64,000 nucleotides of DNA from Coleofasciculus chthonoplastes F2-STO-03 (GCA_040222015.1 JAVJWO010000178.1:32001-96000), one strand, 5' to 3'; counted from the first letter of the stretch, positions 50,287-60,340 are shown. The notes: generated by a model not told the origin, from the letters alone. Program-made: numbers and translations.

Positions 50287-50406
50287 GTTTCGATTTCATC
50301 AACTGATTAACTATCATCTTATCTGCCAACGTAATGACCATTGACGCTTAAAATCAACTTAGAGTTTCTCAAGGAAACCCCTACCCTAAGACTTTTGACA
50401 TTTCTT

Positions 50407-51636
50407 ATGATTCAGCCATTAACACAAAAGCTATTAAAAGTCAATAGATTTCGCCCCCTATTATCTCGACTCTTAGTCGTGGCGATCGCGCTGTTGACTC
50501 TGTTGACGACAAGCTGTAGTCCCTCAACCGCCAGAACCGCCGAACAGCGCACGTTTCTGGATTTATCCTTGGACTTTTTGGCGGAGTATCAACTACCCAA
50601 ACCGATGAGGTTTGAGGATACTCCCGTTGGCGGCTTATCAGCTCTCTCCTATGATCGCGATCGCGATCGTTTTCTTGCACTATCCGATGATCGATCAAAT
50701 CTCGCACCCGCCCGATTTTACACCCTGGCGCTGACGATTAACCGCAACTCGGCAGGAGAAATTGGGATTGAATCCGTCACCGTGGAGGATGTAACCATTC
50801 TCAAAGACGAAAACGGCAAACCCTATCCGGCGGGAACCATTGACCCCGAAGGCATCGCCCTATCCGGTAAAGGTGGCGTATTTATTTCCACTGAAGGGGT
50901 TCCTAGTCAGGGAATTGAACCCTTTATTCAAGAATTTGACCGCCAAACGGGACAACCGTTGCAACGCTTGCGAATTCCTGACCGTTTTCTCCCGAATAAT
51001 ACGACAGAAGAGGAACAAGTTCCCCGTGGCGTACAAGAAAACCTAGGCTTTGAAGCATTAACCTTAGAACCAATTACGTTAGCGGCGGCTAGTGGCGATC
51101 CTTTTCGCCTATTTACAGCAACGGAATCTGCGTTAATTCAAGATAGTTTACCCCCAGATTCAGACGAGGTTCCCCGAATTCGGCTGCTGCATTATTTAAT
51201 CAGCGACATTGCGCCACCCATGCTAGTAGCGGAACATTTGTATCCACTGGCTCCCGCCCCCAAAGGGACAATTGATTATGGCTTATCGGAATTAGTGGCA
51301 TTAGATACAGAAGGTCACTTTCTTGGTTTAGAACGTAGTTATGGGTTGTTTGGACTCAGCGCCCAAATTTATCAACTAACCCTGGGTGGGGCGACGGATA
51401 CATCTAATATTGCTACTCTCAAGGGGAATATTTCTCGCCTTGAGCCGGTGAAGAAAAAATTGCTCCTTGATTTGAGTACTTTGGGAATTTATTTAGATAA
51501 TTTGGAAGGGATGACCCTAGGTTCACGGTTGCCAGATGGGAGTCAGAGTTTGGTATTAGTCAGTGATGATAATTTTAATCAAGCACAGATTACGCAGTTT
51601 CTTTTGTTTCGGTTAAACCTGAATAAGTCGAATTGA
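50407..51636 (+). CDS. Esterase-like activity of phytase family lipoprotein
   Basis: Lipobox-like TTSC; GGLSAL, ALSDDR, DPEGI, NLGFEAL, DNLEGM, LVSDDNF. Confidence 0.88.
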   Translation: MIQPLTQKLLKVNRFRPLLSRLLVVAIALLTLLTTSCSPSTARTAEQRTFLDLSLDFLAEYQLPKPMRFEDTPVGGLSALSYDRDRDRFLALSDDRSNLAPARFYTLALTINRNSAGEIGIESVTVEDVTILKDENGKPYPAGTIDPEGIALSGKGGVFISTEGVPSQGIEPFIQEFDRQTGQPLQRLRIPDRFLPNNTTEEEQVPRGVQENLGFEALTLEPITLAAASGDPFRLFTATESALIQDSLPPDSDEVPRIRLLHYLISDIAPPMLVAEHLYPLAPAPKGTIDYGLSELVALDTEGHFLGLERSYGLFGLSAQIYQLTLGGATDTSNIATLKGNISRLEPVKKKLLLDLSTLGIYLDNLEGMTLGSRLPDGSQSLVLVSDDNFNQAQITQFLLFRLNLNKSN

Positions 51637-51851
51637 GCTAAATTGTAGTGGTGTGACACAGCTAATTGGCTCTATTCCTCTCTCCCCTTCTTCTTGTCAA
51701 CCTCAATTATAAAATTAAAGCCATAGCAGGTTGACAATTTAAAATAAATGTGTATTTTACCCAATCCTCCCCCACTGCCGACAAACCTCTTAAAATGAAA
51801 AGACAGCTAATTGTTTAGATTTGTATAGCCAACTCAGGTATAGAACGATAT

Positions 51852-52874
51852 ATGGCTGCTGCCGTTTTAATCGAGAACCTAAAAAAATACTACGGGGATG
51901 TCGAAGCCGTGAAGGACATCTCCCTGAACGTCGAACCGGGTGAGATTTTTGGCTTACTTGGTCCGAATGGGGCGGGGAAAACCACAACGATTCGCTGTCT
52001 GTGTACCTTAAGTAAACCAGACGCGGGTAAGATTGAGGTATCGGGAATTTCTGCGATCGCGAATCCTAGAGCCGTCCGCCGTCGCATCGGTTATGTCGCC
52101 CAGGAAGTGGCATTAGACAAAGTGTTGACAGGGCGCGAGTTACTGCAACTACAAGCGGATTTATATCACCTACCCAGCAACGTTGGCAAAGAGCGGGTCA
52201 ATACCATGATAGAGGTGTTGGGCTTGCAGGACTATGCCGATAAAAAGACGGGAACCTACTCCGGCGGAATCCGCAAGCGCCTGGATTTAGCCTCCGGCTT
52301 ACTCCACAAACCCGATGTTTTAGTTCTGGATGAACCCACCGTGGGACTTGATATCGAGAGTCGGGTGGTAGTGTGGAATTTCCTGCGTCAATTGCAAAAC
52401 GCTGGCACGACCATATTTATTACCAGCCACTATTTGGAAGAAGTAGATATTCTAGCCGATCGCGTGGCAATTATCGACAAAGGCGTGGTCATTGCCGAAG
52501 GTACGCCCTCTCAGTTAAAGGATAACGTGGGTGGCGATCGCATAACTCTCCGCATCCGGGAATTCTCGCCCATGGAAGAAGCCCAAAATGCTAAGGAAAA
52601 GCTGGAGGTGTTACCCTTTGTCCAAGAAGTGATTATTAATACGGCGCAAGGAAATTCCCTCAACTTGGTTGTCAAACCCCAAAGTGACGCATTAACCAAC
52701 ATTCAGCAATCCTTAAAAGACGCCGGATTACCCATCTTTGGCATTGCCCAATCTCGACCTAGTTTAGATGATGTCTACTTAGCCGCCACCGGTCAAACCT
52801 TAATGGATGCTGAACTCGCGGCGGCGGGAACACGAGATGTGAAAGCGGAGAAAAAGCAACGGATGAAGGAATGA
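51852..52874 (+). CDS. ABC exporter ATP-binding protein (DrrA-like)
   Basis: GPNGAGKTT, YSGGIRKRLD, LDEPTVGLD, TSHYLEE. Confidence 0.95.
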   Translation: MAAAVLIENLKKYYGDVEAVKDISLNVEPGEIFGLLGPNGAGKTTTIRCLCTLSKPDAGKIEVSGISAIANPRAVRRRIGYVAQEVALDKVLTGRELLQLQADLYHLPSNVGKERVNTMIEVLGLQDYADKKTGTYSGGIRKRLDLASGLLHKPDVLVLDEPTVGLDIESRVVVWNFLRQLQNAGTTIFITSHYLEEVDILADRVAIIDKGVVIAEGTPSQLKDNVGGDRITLRIREFSPMEEAQNAKEKLEVLPFVQEVIINTAQGNSLNLVVKPQSDALTNIQQSLKDAGLPIFGIAQSRPSLDDVYLAATGQTLMDAELAAAGTRDVKAEKKQRMKE

Positions 52875-53118
52875 TGAGAGAGCAGGGGGAGCTGGGGGAG
52901 CTGGGGGAGCTGGGGAACACCTCGACTTACCTCGACTTCGCTCGGTAACACGCTCGGTGTGTCAGATAGGGGAGATTATGTAGGGGCGGGTTTCACTACT
53001 ATCGTTTGAAATGGTGCGTTACGCTACGCTAACGCACCCTACACCCGCCCCGACTGTACATAAGGCGAATGACCAATGACCAATGACCAATGACAAATGA
53101 CCAATAACAAATAACATT

Positions 53119-54012
53119 ATGAGTGGAACTGTAACACCATCAAAACCGGAAATTAATTGGCAACCTGACGTAGTAAGTCAAGTCCCCATCAGCGATAAAG
53201 CGGGTGTGGGTGAATTTGTCCAAGAAACATTGGCACTTACTAAGCGCCTGTTTATCCAACTAAAACGACGCCCATCTACCTTAATTGCTGGCGTGATTCA
53301 GCCGTTGATGTGGCTGATTCTGTTTGGGGCGTTATTTCAAAATGCGCCAAAAGGACTCTTCGGTGAAAGCTTATCATACGCCCAATTCTTGAGTGCTGGC
53401 GTAATTGTATTTACCGCCTTCGCTGGTGCGCTCAATGCTGGCTTACCGGTGATGTTTGACCGGGAATTTGGCTTTCTGAATCGTTTACTTGTTGCACCTT
53501 TGGCGTCTCGCTTCTCCATTGTTGCTGCATCCGCTATCTATATCGTCGCCCTCAGCTTTATCCAAGCCGTGGTGATTGTCGCCGCCAGTGCAGTGATGGG
53601 TGCGGGTGTTCCCAATATAGCTGGACTGGGTGCGATCGCGCTGATTGTTTTCTTGCTGGTAATCGGGATGACAGCATTAAGTTTAGGACTCGCTTTTGTG
53701 CTTCCGGGTCATATTGAACTAATTGCTGTCATTTTTGTCACCAACTTACCGCTACTATTTGCCAGCACTGCCCTAGCGCCGCTATCCTTTATGCCAAAAT
53801 GGTTACAGCTTGTCGCCAGTCTCAATCCCTTGAGTTATGCGATTGAACCAATTCGCTATCTCTACCTCCATGGAGATTGGTCTTTAGGTAGTGTTGTCAT
53901 GGAAGCACCTTGGGCTTCAATTACATTTGGTGGGGCTATTTTAGTCCTGTTTGCCTTTGCCGCCGCCGCGTTAGTTCTGATTAGTCCATTGCTACGGCGT
54001 CGATTTGCCTAA
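53119..54012 (+). CDS. ABC-2 permease (DrrB-like)
   Basis: IQPLMWLILFG, FDREFGFLNRLLVAP, LNPLSYAIE. Confidence 0.93.
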   Translation: MSGTVTPSKPEINWQPDVVSQVPISDKAGVGEFVQETLALTKRLFIQLKRRPSTLIAGVIQPLMWLILFGALFQNAPKGLFGESLSYAQFLSAGVIVFTAFAGALNAGLPVMFDREFGFLNRLLVAPLASRFSIVAASAIYIVALSFIQAVVIVAASAVMGAGVPNIAGLGAIALIVFLLVIGMTALSLGLAFVLPGHIELIAVIFVTNLPLLFASTALAPLSFMPKWLQLVASLNPLSYAIEPIRYLYLHGDWSLGSVVMEAPWASITFGGAILVLFAFAAAALVLISPLLRRRFA

Positions 54013-54055
54013 TGGCATTAAAACTTGTAGGGTGGGCATTGCCCACCCACTTTAA

Positions 54056-54147
54056 TAGGACTTACGCAAAGGCTCGATATGTAGGGTGCGTTAGCGAAGC
54101 GTAACGCACCGCAAGCCACCATCTGTGGTGTAGCTGCGTAAGTCCTG
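54056..54147. mobile_element. 92-bp MITE with 5-bp target duplication
   Basis: TIR AGGACTTACGCA / TGCGTAAGTCCT; TTTAA at 54051-55 and 54148-52. Confidence 0.75.
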
Positions 54148-54195
54148 TTTAATTGAAATGTTAAACATACGTTTTCTAGAGGAATTAGCAGCATC

Positions 54196-57100
54196 GTGGA
54201 ACTTTGGACAGCGCTAGGCGTTTCTATCCTCAACGACTTACTTTTAAAAGACATCCTCCTGAAACTGGGGAAAGAAGCATTAGAAGACTATGTAAAAGAT
54301 TTTTTCAAAGACTGCATTAAAACCGGGGTACAATCTGCCCAACCCGATATCCTGAAAAAAGCCCTCGGTGAGGCTTTACAGCAATTTCTCAAACTCATCG
54401 AATATGAATTACTCTTCTATGTAACCGAAGCCGAAGTTCGAGACAACTATCAAATAGTAATTGAACGGTTTATCAAAGACGATGACGTTAAACCCCTGTT
54501 AGGAAAAGCCTTTGAAAAAGATTGTCGCGCCATCGACGCCAATCAATTAAGTACAATTTGGGTGCAGCGCTATTCACCTGATATGCCAACTGGGTTTAAC
54601 TGGGAGGAGATTACCAAACCCTATCTCAAAGAAGTTAAAAGCATTGTCCGCAATTCGCCAGAGTTAAAAGAACTGTTAAAATTAGAGATTCTGGAATCCA
54701 TTGAACAACAGGTTCGAGACAATGCCAAAATTAATCCTGATTTTAATATCACTAAATATCAAGAAGGCTTACGGGAACGCTACAGCAACTTAAACCTATC
54801 CAGTTTAGATACAACAGGCTGCGCCTATAACCAACTGAAACTCTGGCGACTCTTCATCCCGCAAAATGTGCGACAAGTTCATCAGGGATTACCCCAAGTC
54901 TATGAACTCCCCAAAGAACATCAACGGCGACTGCGAGAGAGTCATCTACTTGACGCGGATGTGTCTCTGGAAGAGTTAACCGAATATAAACAGGTTTATT
55001 CTCAACAGCCAATCCGCCCCATCAATGAAATTATTAACGATAAAGATAACTATCCCTATCTGGTGATTCTCGGTGATCCGGGTTCTGGCAAGTCTACCTT
55101 GTTGCAATATTTGGCATTAGATTGGGCAAATTCTACACCGAATGATGCCAATTTTCATCCGATTCCCCTGCTGATTGAATTACGCACCTATATGCGAAAT
55201 CGCGACGCGGGACAATGTAAGAATTTCCTGGAATTTTTCCATGATAGCAGTGGAATTGTCTGTCATCTGAATCAGCATCAACTGGTGGAACAGTTACAAG
55301 CCGGAAATGCTTTAGTCATGTTTGATGGCTTGGATGAGGTATTTGATCCGGGAAAACGGGAGGATGTGATTACCGATATTCATTGCTTCACTAATGACTA
55401 TCCTGATGTGCGGGTAATTGTCACCTCTCGCGTGATTGGCTATAAACCGCAGCGGTTACGAGATGCCCAATTTTATCATTTTATGCTGCAAGATTTAGAG
55501 GCAGATCAGATTCAGGAGTTTATTACCCGTTGGCATGATTTAACCTTTACCGATAAAGTAGATAAACAGAGGAAGTGGGAACGACTCCAACGGGCAATTG
55601 ATACCTCAAAAGCGATTCGCGAACTGGCTGGAAATCCGCTGCTATTGACAATGATGGCAATATTAAATCGCAATCAGGAATTACCCAGAGATAGACCCGA
55701 ATTATACAACCAAGCGTCGCGGGTATTGCTGCATCAATGGGATGTGGAACGGGCGTTAGTCGAACATCAGCAGTTAGAGATTCAAACGATTGATTATAAA
55801 GATAAGCAGGCGATGTTGCGTCAGGTGGCTTATCAGATGCAAGCAGCAGAGAAAGGTTTAGCGGGTAATCTGATTGCGGCGGATGAGTTAGAAAGAATTT
55901 TGACGGATTATCTGAAAACGCTAGATATCACTAATTCCAGGGCGGTGGCTAGGGTGATGATTAAGCAACTGCGGGAACGGAATTTTATCTTATGTTTCAT
56001 GGGGGCAGATTATTATGCCTTTGTGCATCGGACATTTTTGGAGTATTTTTGTGCTTGGGAATATGTTTGGCAGTTTGAGAAGGAACGAACAATTTCTCTG
56101 GAGGGGTTGAAAAGCGAGGTTTTTGGCAAGCATTGGCAGGATGAGTCTTGGCATGAAGTGTTACGGCTGATTGTGGGGATGATTGAGCCAAAGCTGGCTG
56201 GGGAGATTATAGATTATTTGATGAATCAGTCGGGGGAAGCGGAAAAGTTTATTAATGTGTTTCTAGCGGCGGATTGCCTGTCTGAGGCGAGGAATCGTTC
56301 GGTTATCATATCGACAGCGAATCAATTACTGAACCAGATTAAGGGGTTAATTCAGTATGACTTACCTTACCATTATGAATTTTATGAAGAGGAAGCAACG
56401 TTAGTTCGGGAAATTCGCACTCAAGCGGTTGCGGCAATTGCGACAACCTGGCATGATTCTCCAGACACCTTACCTTGGCTGAAACAAAAAGCTCAATTTG
56501 ATAACGATTCTGCTGTGCGACAAGCAGCGATGCAAGAATTAGCCAGAGGATGGAAAGATGACCCCGACACCTTACCTATCCTCAAACAAAAAGCCCAATC
56601 TGATGACCATCCGGCTGTGCGAAGTGCAGCGGTGGAAGAAATAGCCAAAGGCTGGAAAGATGACCCAGATACCTTACCTTGGCTGAAACAAAAAGCCCAA
56701 TCTGATGACAATAGGTTTGTGCGACGTGCAGCGGTACAAGAATTAGCCAAAGGCTGGAAAGATGACCCAGACACCTTACCTTGGTTGAAACAAAAAGCTC
56801 AATTTGATGACGATGAGGATGTGCGATATGCAGCGGTGGAAGAAATAGCCAAAGGCTGGAAAGATGACCCAGATACCTTACCTATACTCAAACAAAAAGC
56901 CCAATCTGATGACAATTGGGCTGTGCGAAGTGCAGCGGTGGAAGAATTAGCCAAAGGCTGGAAAGATGACCCAGATACCTTACCTTGGCTGAAACAAAAA
57001 GCCCAATCTGATGACCATTGGGATGTGCGACGTGCAGCGGTGCAAGAATTAGCCAAAGGCTGGAAGGATGAGCCATGGCTATTTGAATTATTACGCGATC

Positions 57101-57300
57101 GCGCTCTCAATGATCCCTTTGTGCGCGAGGAAGACTGGCAAGACAATCCTCGGCAATTAGCTATTGAAATCATTATCAAACAATATCCTGATCATCCCCA
57201 GACTCTACCCTTACTGCGCGACAGAGACGAAAATGATCCTGATGAAAAAGTTAGAGAGTTTGCCCAGAAAAAATTGGCACAATTAAAGTTAAGTCTGTAG
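54196..57300 (+). CDS. NACHT NTPase (NLR-like) with C-terminal HEAT/PBS-lyase-like repeats
   Basis: Walker A GDPGSGKST, Walker B FDGLDE, IVTSR, GNPLLL, FVHRTFLEYF; six 34-aa repeats. Confidence 0.93.
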   Translation: MELWTALGVSILNDLLLKDILLKLGKEALEDYVKDFFKDCIKTGVQSAQPDILKKALGEALQQFLKLIEYELLFYVTEAEVRDNYQIVIERFIKDDDVKPLLGKAFEKDCRAIDANQLSTIWVQRYSPDMPTGFNWEEITKPYLKEVKSIVRNSPELKELLKLEILESIEQQVRDNAKINPDFNITKYQEGLRERYSNLNLSSLDTTGCAYNQLKLWRLFIPQNVRQVHQGLPQVYELPKEHQRRLRESHLLDADVSLEELTEYKQVYSQQPIRPINEIINDKDNYPYLVILGDPGSGKSTLLQYLALDWANSTPNDANFHPIPLLIELRTYMRNRDAGQCKNFLEFFHDSSGIVCHLNQHQLVEQLQAGNALVMFDGLDEVFDPGKREDVITDIHCFTNDYPDVRVIVTSRVIGYKPQRLRDAQFYHFMLQDLEADQIQEFITRWHDLTFTDKVDKQRKWERLQRAIDTSKAIRELAGNPLLLTMMAILNRNQELPRDRPELYNQASRVLLHQWDVERALVEHQQLEIQTIDYKDKQAMLRQVAYQMQAAEKGLAGNLIAADELERILTDYLKTLDITNSRAVARVMIKQLRERNFILCFMGADYYAFVHRTFLEYFCAWEYVWQFEKERTISLEGLKSEVFGKHWQDESWHEVLRLIVGMIEPKLAGEIIDYLMNQSGEAEKFINVFLAADCLSEARNRSVIISTANQLLNQIKGLIQYDLPYHYEFYEEEATLVREIRTQAVAAIATTWHDSPDTLPWLKQKAQFDNDSAVRQAAMQELARGWKDDPDTLPILKQKAQSDDHPAVRSAAVEEIAKGWKDDPDTLPWLKQKAQSDDNRFVRRAAVQELAKGWKDDPDTLPWLKQKAQFDDDEDVRYAAVEEIAKGWKDDPDTLPILKQKAQSDDNWAVRSAAVEELAKGWKDDPDTLPWLKQKAQSDDHWDVRRAAVQELAKGWKDEPWLFELLRDRALNDPFVREEDWQDNPRQLAIEIIIKQYPDHPQTLPLLRDRDENDPDEKVREFAQKKLAQLKLSL
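56455..57066 (+). repeat. Six near-identical 102-bp intragenic repeats
   Basis: Each encodes D[D/S]PDTLP[W/I]LKQKAQ[S/F]D[D/N]xxxVRxAA[V/M][Q/E]E[L/I]A[K/R]GWK. Confidence 0.95.
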
Positions 57301-57641
57301 GGGCGGGTTTCACGACTATGTTTTGGGTTGCAAAGGTGCGTTAGCGAAGCGTAACGCACCCTACACCCGCCCCGACTCAGGTGTCTAGACTTCCTGTTAA
57401 AAGAAAGGGCGATCCGATAAAATTAAATTGACACAGTTGTCAATTTGTGCAAGCGGGTCGCCCCTACCGGGAATTAAAAGGGCGATCGCTCTCGAAACGT
57501 GTTAAGAAAGATGGGTAATGATAGCGATCGGGAAAAAATCCCAGATAAAAATAATTAGAGACGCTATAGTAGGGTCACGGCACTGCCGTGACCTTATCGG
57601 TAGAACTACCGTATCCTGATGGAAATCTAATTATAATTTCT

Positions 57642-57882
57642 AAATAAACAGGTTAATTGCCTTCAACAACCCCACGCTACTGACGTGGAGCATGGGGATT
57701 GCAAGACAAATTGCATTTTAAACCGTTGAATACCGCGTAGAGTCTCAGTTTGGTACAGACATCCGGATACTTCCCTAGTCCGGATTACCTCTAAAACCTT
57801 TTGTCGGGTTGTTGTTAAGTCAAGACATCTTAACTGAGATGGCGGGAAGGGACTACACACTCTTACTCGGAGGTTTATCACC
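57642..57882 (+). ncRNA. omegaRNA (HEARO-like) with 5' guide
   Basis: About 220-nt structured leader (CCGGATACTTCCCTAGTCCGG, GGCGGGAAGGGAC) directly upstream of a PLMP/RRXRR ORF; guide would be the flank about 57642-57661. Confidence 0.75.
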
Positions 57883-59104
57883 ATGTTGCGAGTACCAGTT
57901 TTATCGAAATCAGGTAAGCCATTAATGCCCACAAAACCTAGCCGTGCTAGACGTTGGCTTAAAGAAGGTAAAGCTAAAGTATTGTATAACTACTTAGAAT
58001 GTTTTGCTATTCAGCTAACATTTGAAACGGAAGAAAATACTCAGTCTGTAGCCGTGGGGATAGACCCTGGCAAGCGATATTCCGGGATTGGGGTTCAATC
58101 AAGTTTAGTTACCCTTTGGATGGGACACTTAGTTCTACCGTTCAAAACAGTCAAGGAACGGATGGAATTACGGCGAGTGATGCGTCGAGCAAGGCGGGGT
58201 AGACGAATTAACCGGAAGTTACCTTATTCTGAACGTTGCCATCGTCAAGCTCGGTTTGATAATCGCAAACAAGGTAAACTGCCGCCGTCAATTCGAGCTA
58301 ATAAACAGCTTGAGTTACGGGTAGTCAAAGAGTTGTTCAAGCTATTCCCAATTAGTGCCATCCATTATGAATTAGTTATGGCGGATGTAGACAAGACGTG
58401 CGGACGTAAATCGGCTCGGTCTGGCGTTGGCTTTTCTCCAGTCATGGTAGGTCAGAGACAAATGCTAACTTGGTTATCTGAGTTAGCCCCTATTATCACC
58501 CATAAAGGATGGCACAGGGATGGTAACGGAACCAGTCAACTTAGGCAATGGTTAGGATTAGCCAAAGACAAAAAGAACAAGGCTAATCAGACGCCTGCAA
58601 CTCATGCCGTTGACGGTGTAACCTTAGCCGCGTTCGAGTTCATCCAATGGCGTGAATGGCATTCCGATCATGCTAAACATGGTAGCTGGGTAGGTAATGT
58701 TCAAGTTACCCCCGCGCCGTTTGCGGTAATCCGTAGACCACCCGTTAGTCGTAGACAATTGCATCTATGTATTCCCTCTAAAGGTGGACTACGGCGTAAG
58801 TATGGCGGCACAGTCACCCGTCATGGGTTTAGAAAAGGTGACAAAGTTATAGCCGAAAAAGCTGGAAAAACTTACATCGGTTGGTGTTCTGGAGACACCG
58901 ATAAACTGGTTTCGGTTAGTGATATTAACTGGAAACGTTTAGGACAATTTAGTGTCAAAAAAGTCCAGTTGTTGCAGCGAAGCACGGGGTTAATTGTCGT
59001 GCCTGCAACTGGACCCTTCAAACCTCACCGCATCGAGCGGCGCGGTTTGACCTCTATCCCTCTCCACCCTGCTTCGCTGAGGGTGGAGTCTCACGAGAAA
59101 TACG
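57662..59104 (+). mobile_element. IS200/IS605-superfamily element carrying isrB
   Basis: Begins TTCAACAACCCCA..TGGGG hairpin; ends CTATCCCTCTCCACCCT..AGGGTGGAGTCTCACGAGAAATACG followed by ATGA. Confidence 0.8.
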
Positions 59105-59181
59105 ATGAAGATCAGCACCCTATTGACTCCGGCACTCACCTCAACCCTGTTCGCTTCCCTAGGGTTAGGAGTGGTTGTTAG
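57883..59181 (+). CDS. isrB: IsrB (HNH-less IscB relative; RNA-guided nickase family)
   Basis: GKPLMPT (PLMP), VGIDPG (RuvC-I), Arg-rich bridge helix RRVMRRARRGRR, HYELV (RuvC-II), THAVDG (RuvC-III); no HNH or CxxC segment; GGAGG RBS. Confidence 0.85.
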   Translation: MLRVPVLSKSGKPLMPTKPSRARRWLKEGKAKVLYNYLECFAIQLTFETEENTQSVAVGIDPGKRYSGIGVQSSLVTLWMGHLVLPFKTVKERMELRRVMRRARRGRRINRKLPYSERCHRQARFDNRKQGKLPPSIRANKQLELRVVKELFKLFPISAIHYELVMADVDKTCGRKSARSGVGFSPVMVGQRQMLTWLSELAPIITHKGWHRDGNGTSQLRQWLGLAKDKKNKANQTPATHAVDGVTLAAFEFIQWREWHSDHAKHGSWVGNVQVTPAPFAVIRRPPVSRRQLHLCIPSKGGLRRKYGGTVTRHGFRKGDKVIAEKAGKTYIGWCSGDTDKLVSVSDINWKRLGQFSVKKVQLLQRSTGLIVVPATGPFKPHRIERRGLTSIPLHPASLRVESHEKYDEDQHPIDSGTHLNPVRFPRVRSGC

Positions 59182-59494
59182 CATATCAGCCATTATCCCT
59201 GAATCCGCGATCGCACAAACCACTGAACGGGTGAATCCCCTAGAAGATCTCGATAGTCGCCAAAATGAGCGAGATTCACTCACGGGAACCCCGGGTAACG
59301 GTGGCTGGAATGTCTTTGATTTTATCCATCGCTCCCGTTTAGGAGTTGATTCGGAAGCATTTAACAGCGAACTCGATCAAAAGCTAGACAATGCGACAGA
59401 GGAGTTCCGGCGGCTACAACGGGAACGGTTAAGAAATCAACAGCAAGTTCAACCGAATTCCCCCTCTACTCCGGCTGGGGGAGGCATTAGATAA
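59105..59494 (+). CDS. Hypothetical secreted protein
   Basis: Signal peptide ending AIAQ; FDFIHR..LG and FRRLQRERL motifs; overlapped by the isrB tail. Confidence 0.75.
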   Translation: MKISTLLTPALTSTLFASLGLGVVVSISAIIPESAIAQTTERVNPLEDLDSRQNERDSLTGTPGNGGWNVFDFIHRSRLGVDSEAFNSELDQKLDNATEEFRRLQRERLRNQQQVQPNSPSTPAGGGIR

Positions 59495-59532
59495 GTGAAA
59501 CCATTCCCAGGCAAAGCCTGGGAACAAGGCGG

Positions 59533-59967
59533 CTAGCTCATGCTAGCTAGGATATCCTTAGCATGGGAATCGGTTTTCACCTTCTCATCAACATAGGTGA
59601 TCGTACCTTCACCATTAATCACATACGTGACGCGCTTGGAGTAACCGCCGCCTTCAACATCATAAGCTTTGGTAAGCGTGCCATCCGGATCAGCGAGCAA
59701 TTGGAAAGGCAACCCATACTTCTCCTTAAATTGCTTATGGGATGTCTCATCATCCATGCTCACACCGAGAACAACCATATCTTTGCCTTGATATTCAGCA
59801 TAGTTGTCCCGGAAGCTTTGGGCTTCCTTGGTGCAACCTGGAGTATCATCTTTGGGATAAAAATAGAGAACTACTGTTTTTCCCGCCAAGTCGGACAGGG
59901 AAACGGTATTCCCTGCATCATCTTTAGCAGTAAATGCCGGAGCTTTATCGCCAACGCTTAAAGCCAT
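59533..59967 (-). CDS. bcp: Peroxiredoxin, BCP/PrxQ family
   Basis: VVLYFYPKDDTPGCTKEA; single Cys. Confidence 0.92.
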   Translation of the reverse strand: MALSVGDKAPAFTAKDDAGNTVSLSDLAGKTVVLYFYPKDDTPGCTKEAQSFRDNYAEYQGKDMVVLGVSMDDETSHKQFKEKYGLPFQLLADPDGTLTKAYDVEGGGYSKRVTYVINGEGTITYVDEKVKTDSHAKDILASMS

Positions 59968-60340
59968 AAGTCTTTTTCCCTGTGTGTACTACTTAACTAT
60001 TCTTCATCCTACTACGGATAATCGGTGGATTCGATTGAAAAAGTTGGTGTGTAAGGGAAGGGAAGTTTGATGAGAAATTCCTTCAGGACTTACACACAAA
60101 CGCCATTTATGGTAGGGGCACGGCATTGCCGTGCCCCTACAGGTAGCGCATGTGCTCAGGTCGCCCTCTCCTTTGAGGTTAAGATAAAAAGAAGCGTGAC
60201 AGACATTTTATCAATTCACTGGCGAAGAATCCCAGCGCCAGATCAATGGTGTGGGGCTTCTCACGGATTAAGCTAATCCAGTTGCAGTCAACTACCCCAC
60301 CCATACACAACATGGAGGAGGTATCCAGCAGCGAATCACG

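Noticed and set aside
56455..57066. DGR template/variable repeat or CRISPR-like array
   Set aside because: In-frame coding repeats; variation is not adenine-restricted; no reverse transcriptase in the window
57405..57465. Palindrome GGGCGATCCG..AAATTGACAC.GTTGTCAATTT..CGGGTCGCCC
   Set aside because: Could be an operator or repeat remnant, but it is a single instance with no linked evidence
57883..59181. IscB or Cas9
   Set aside because: No HNH domain between RuvC-II and RuvC-III, too short for Cas9, no CRISPR array
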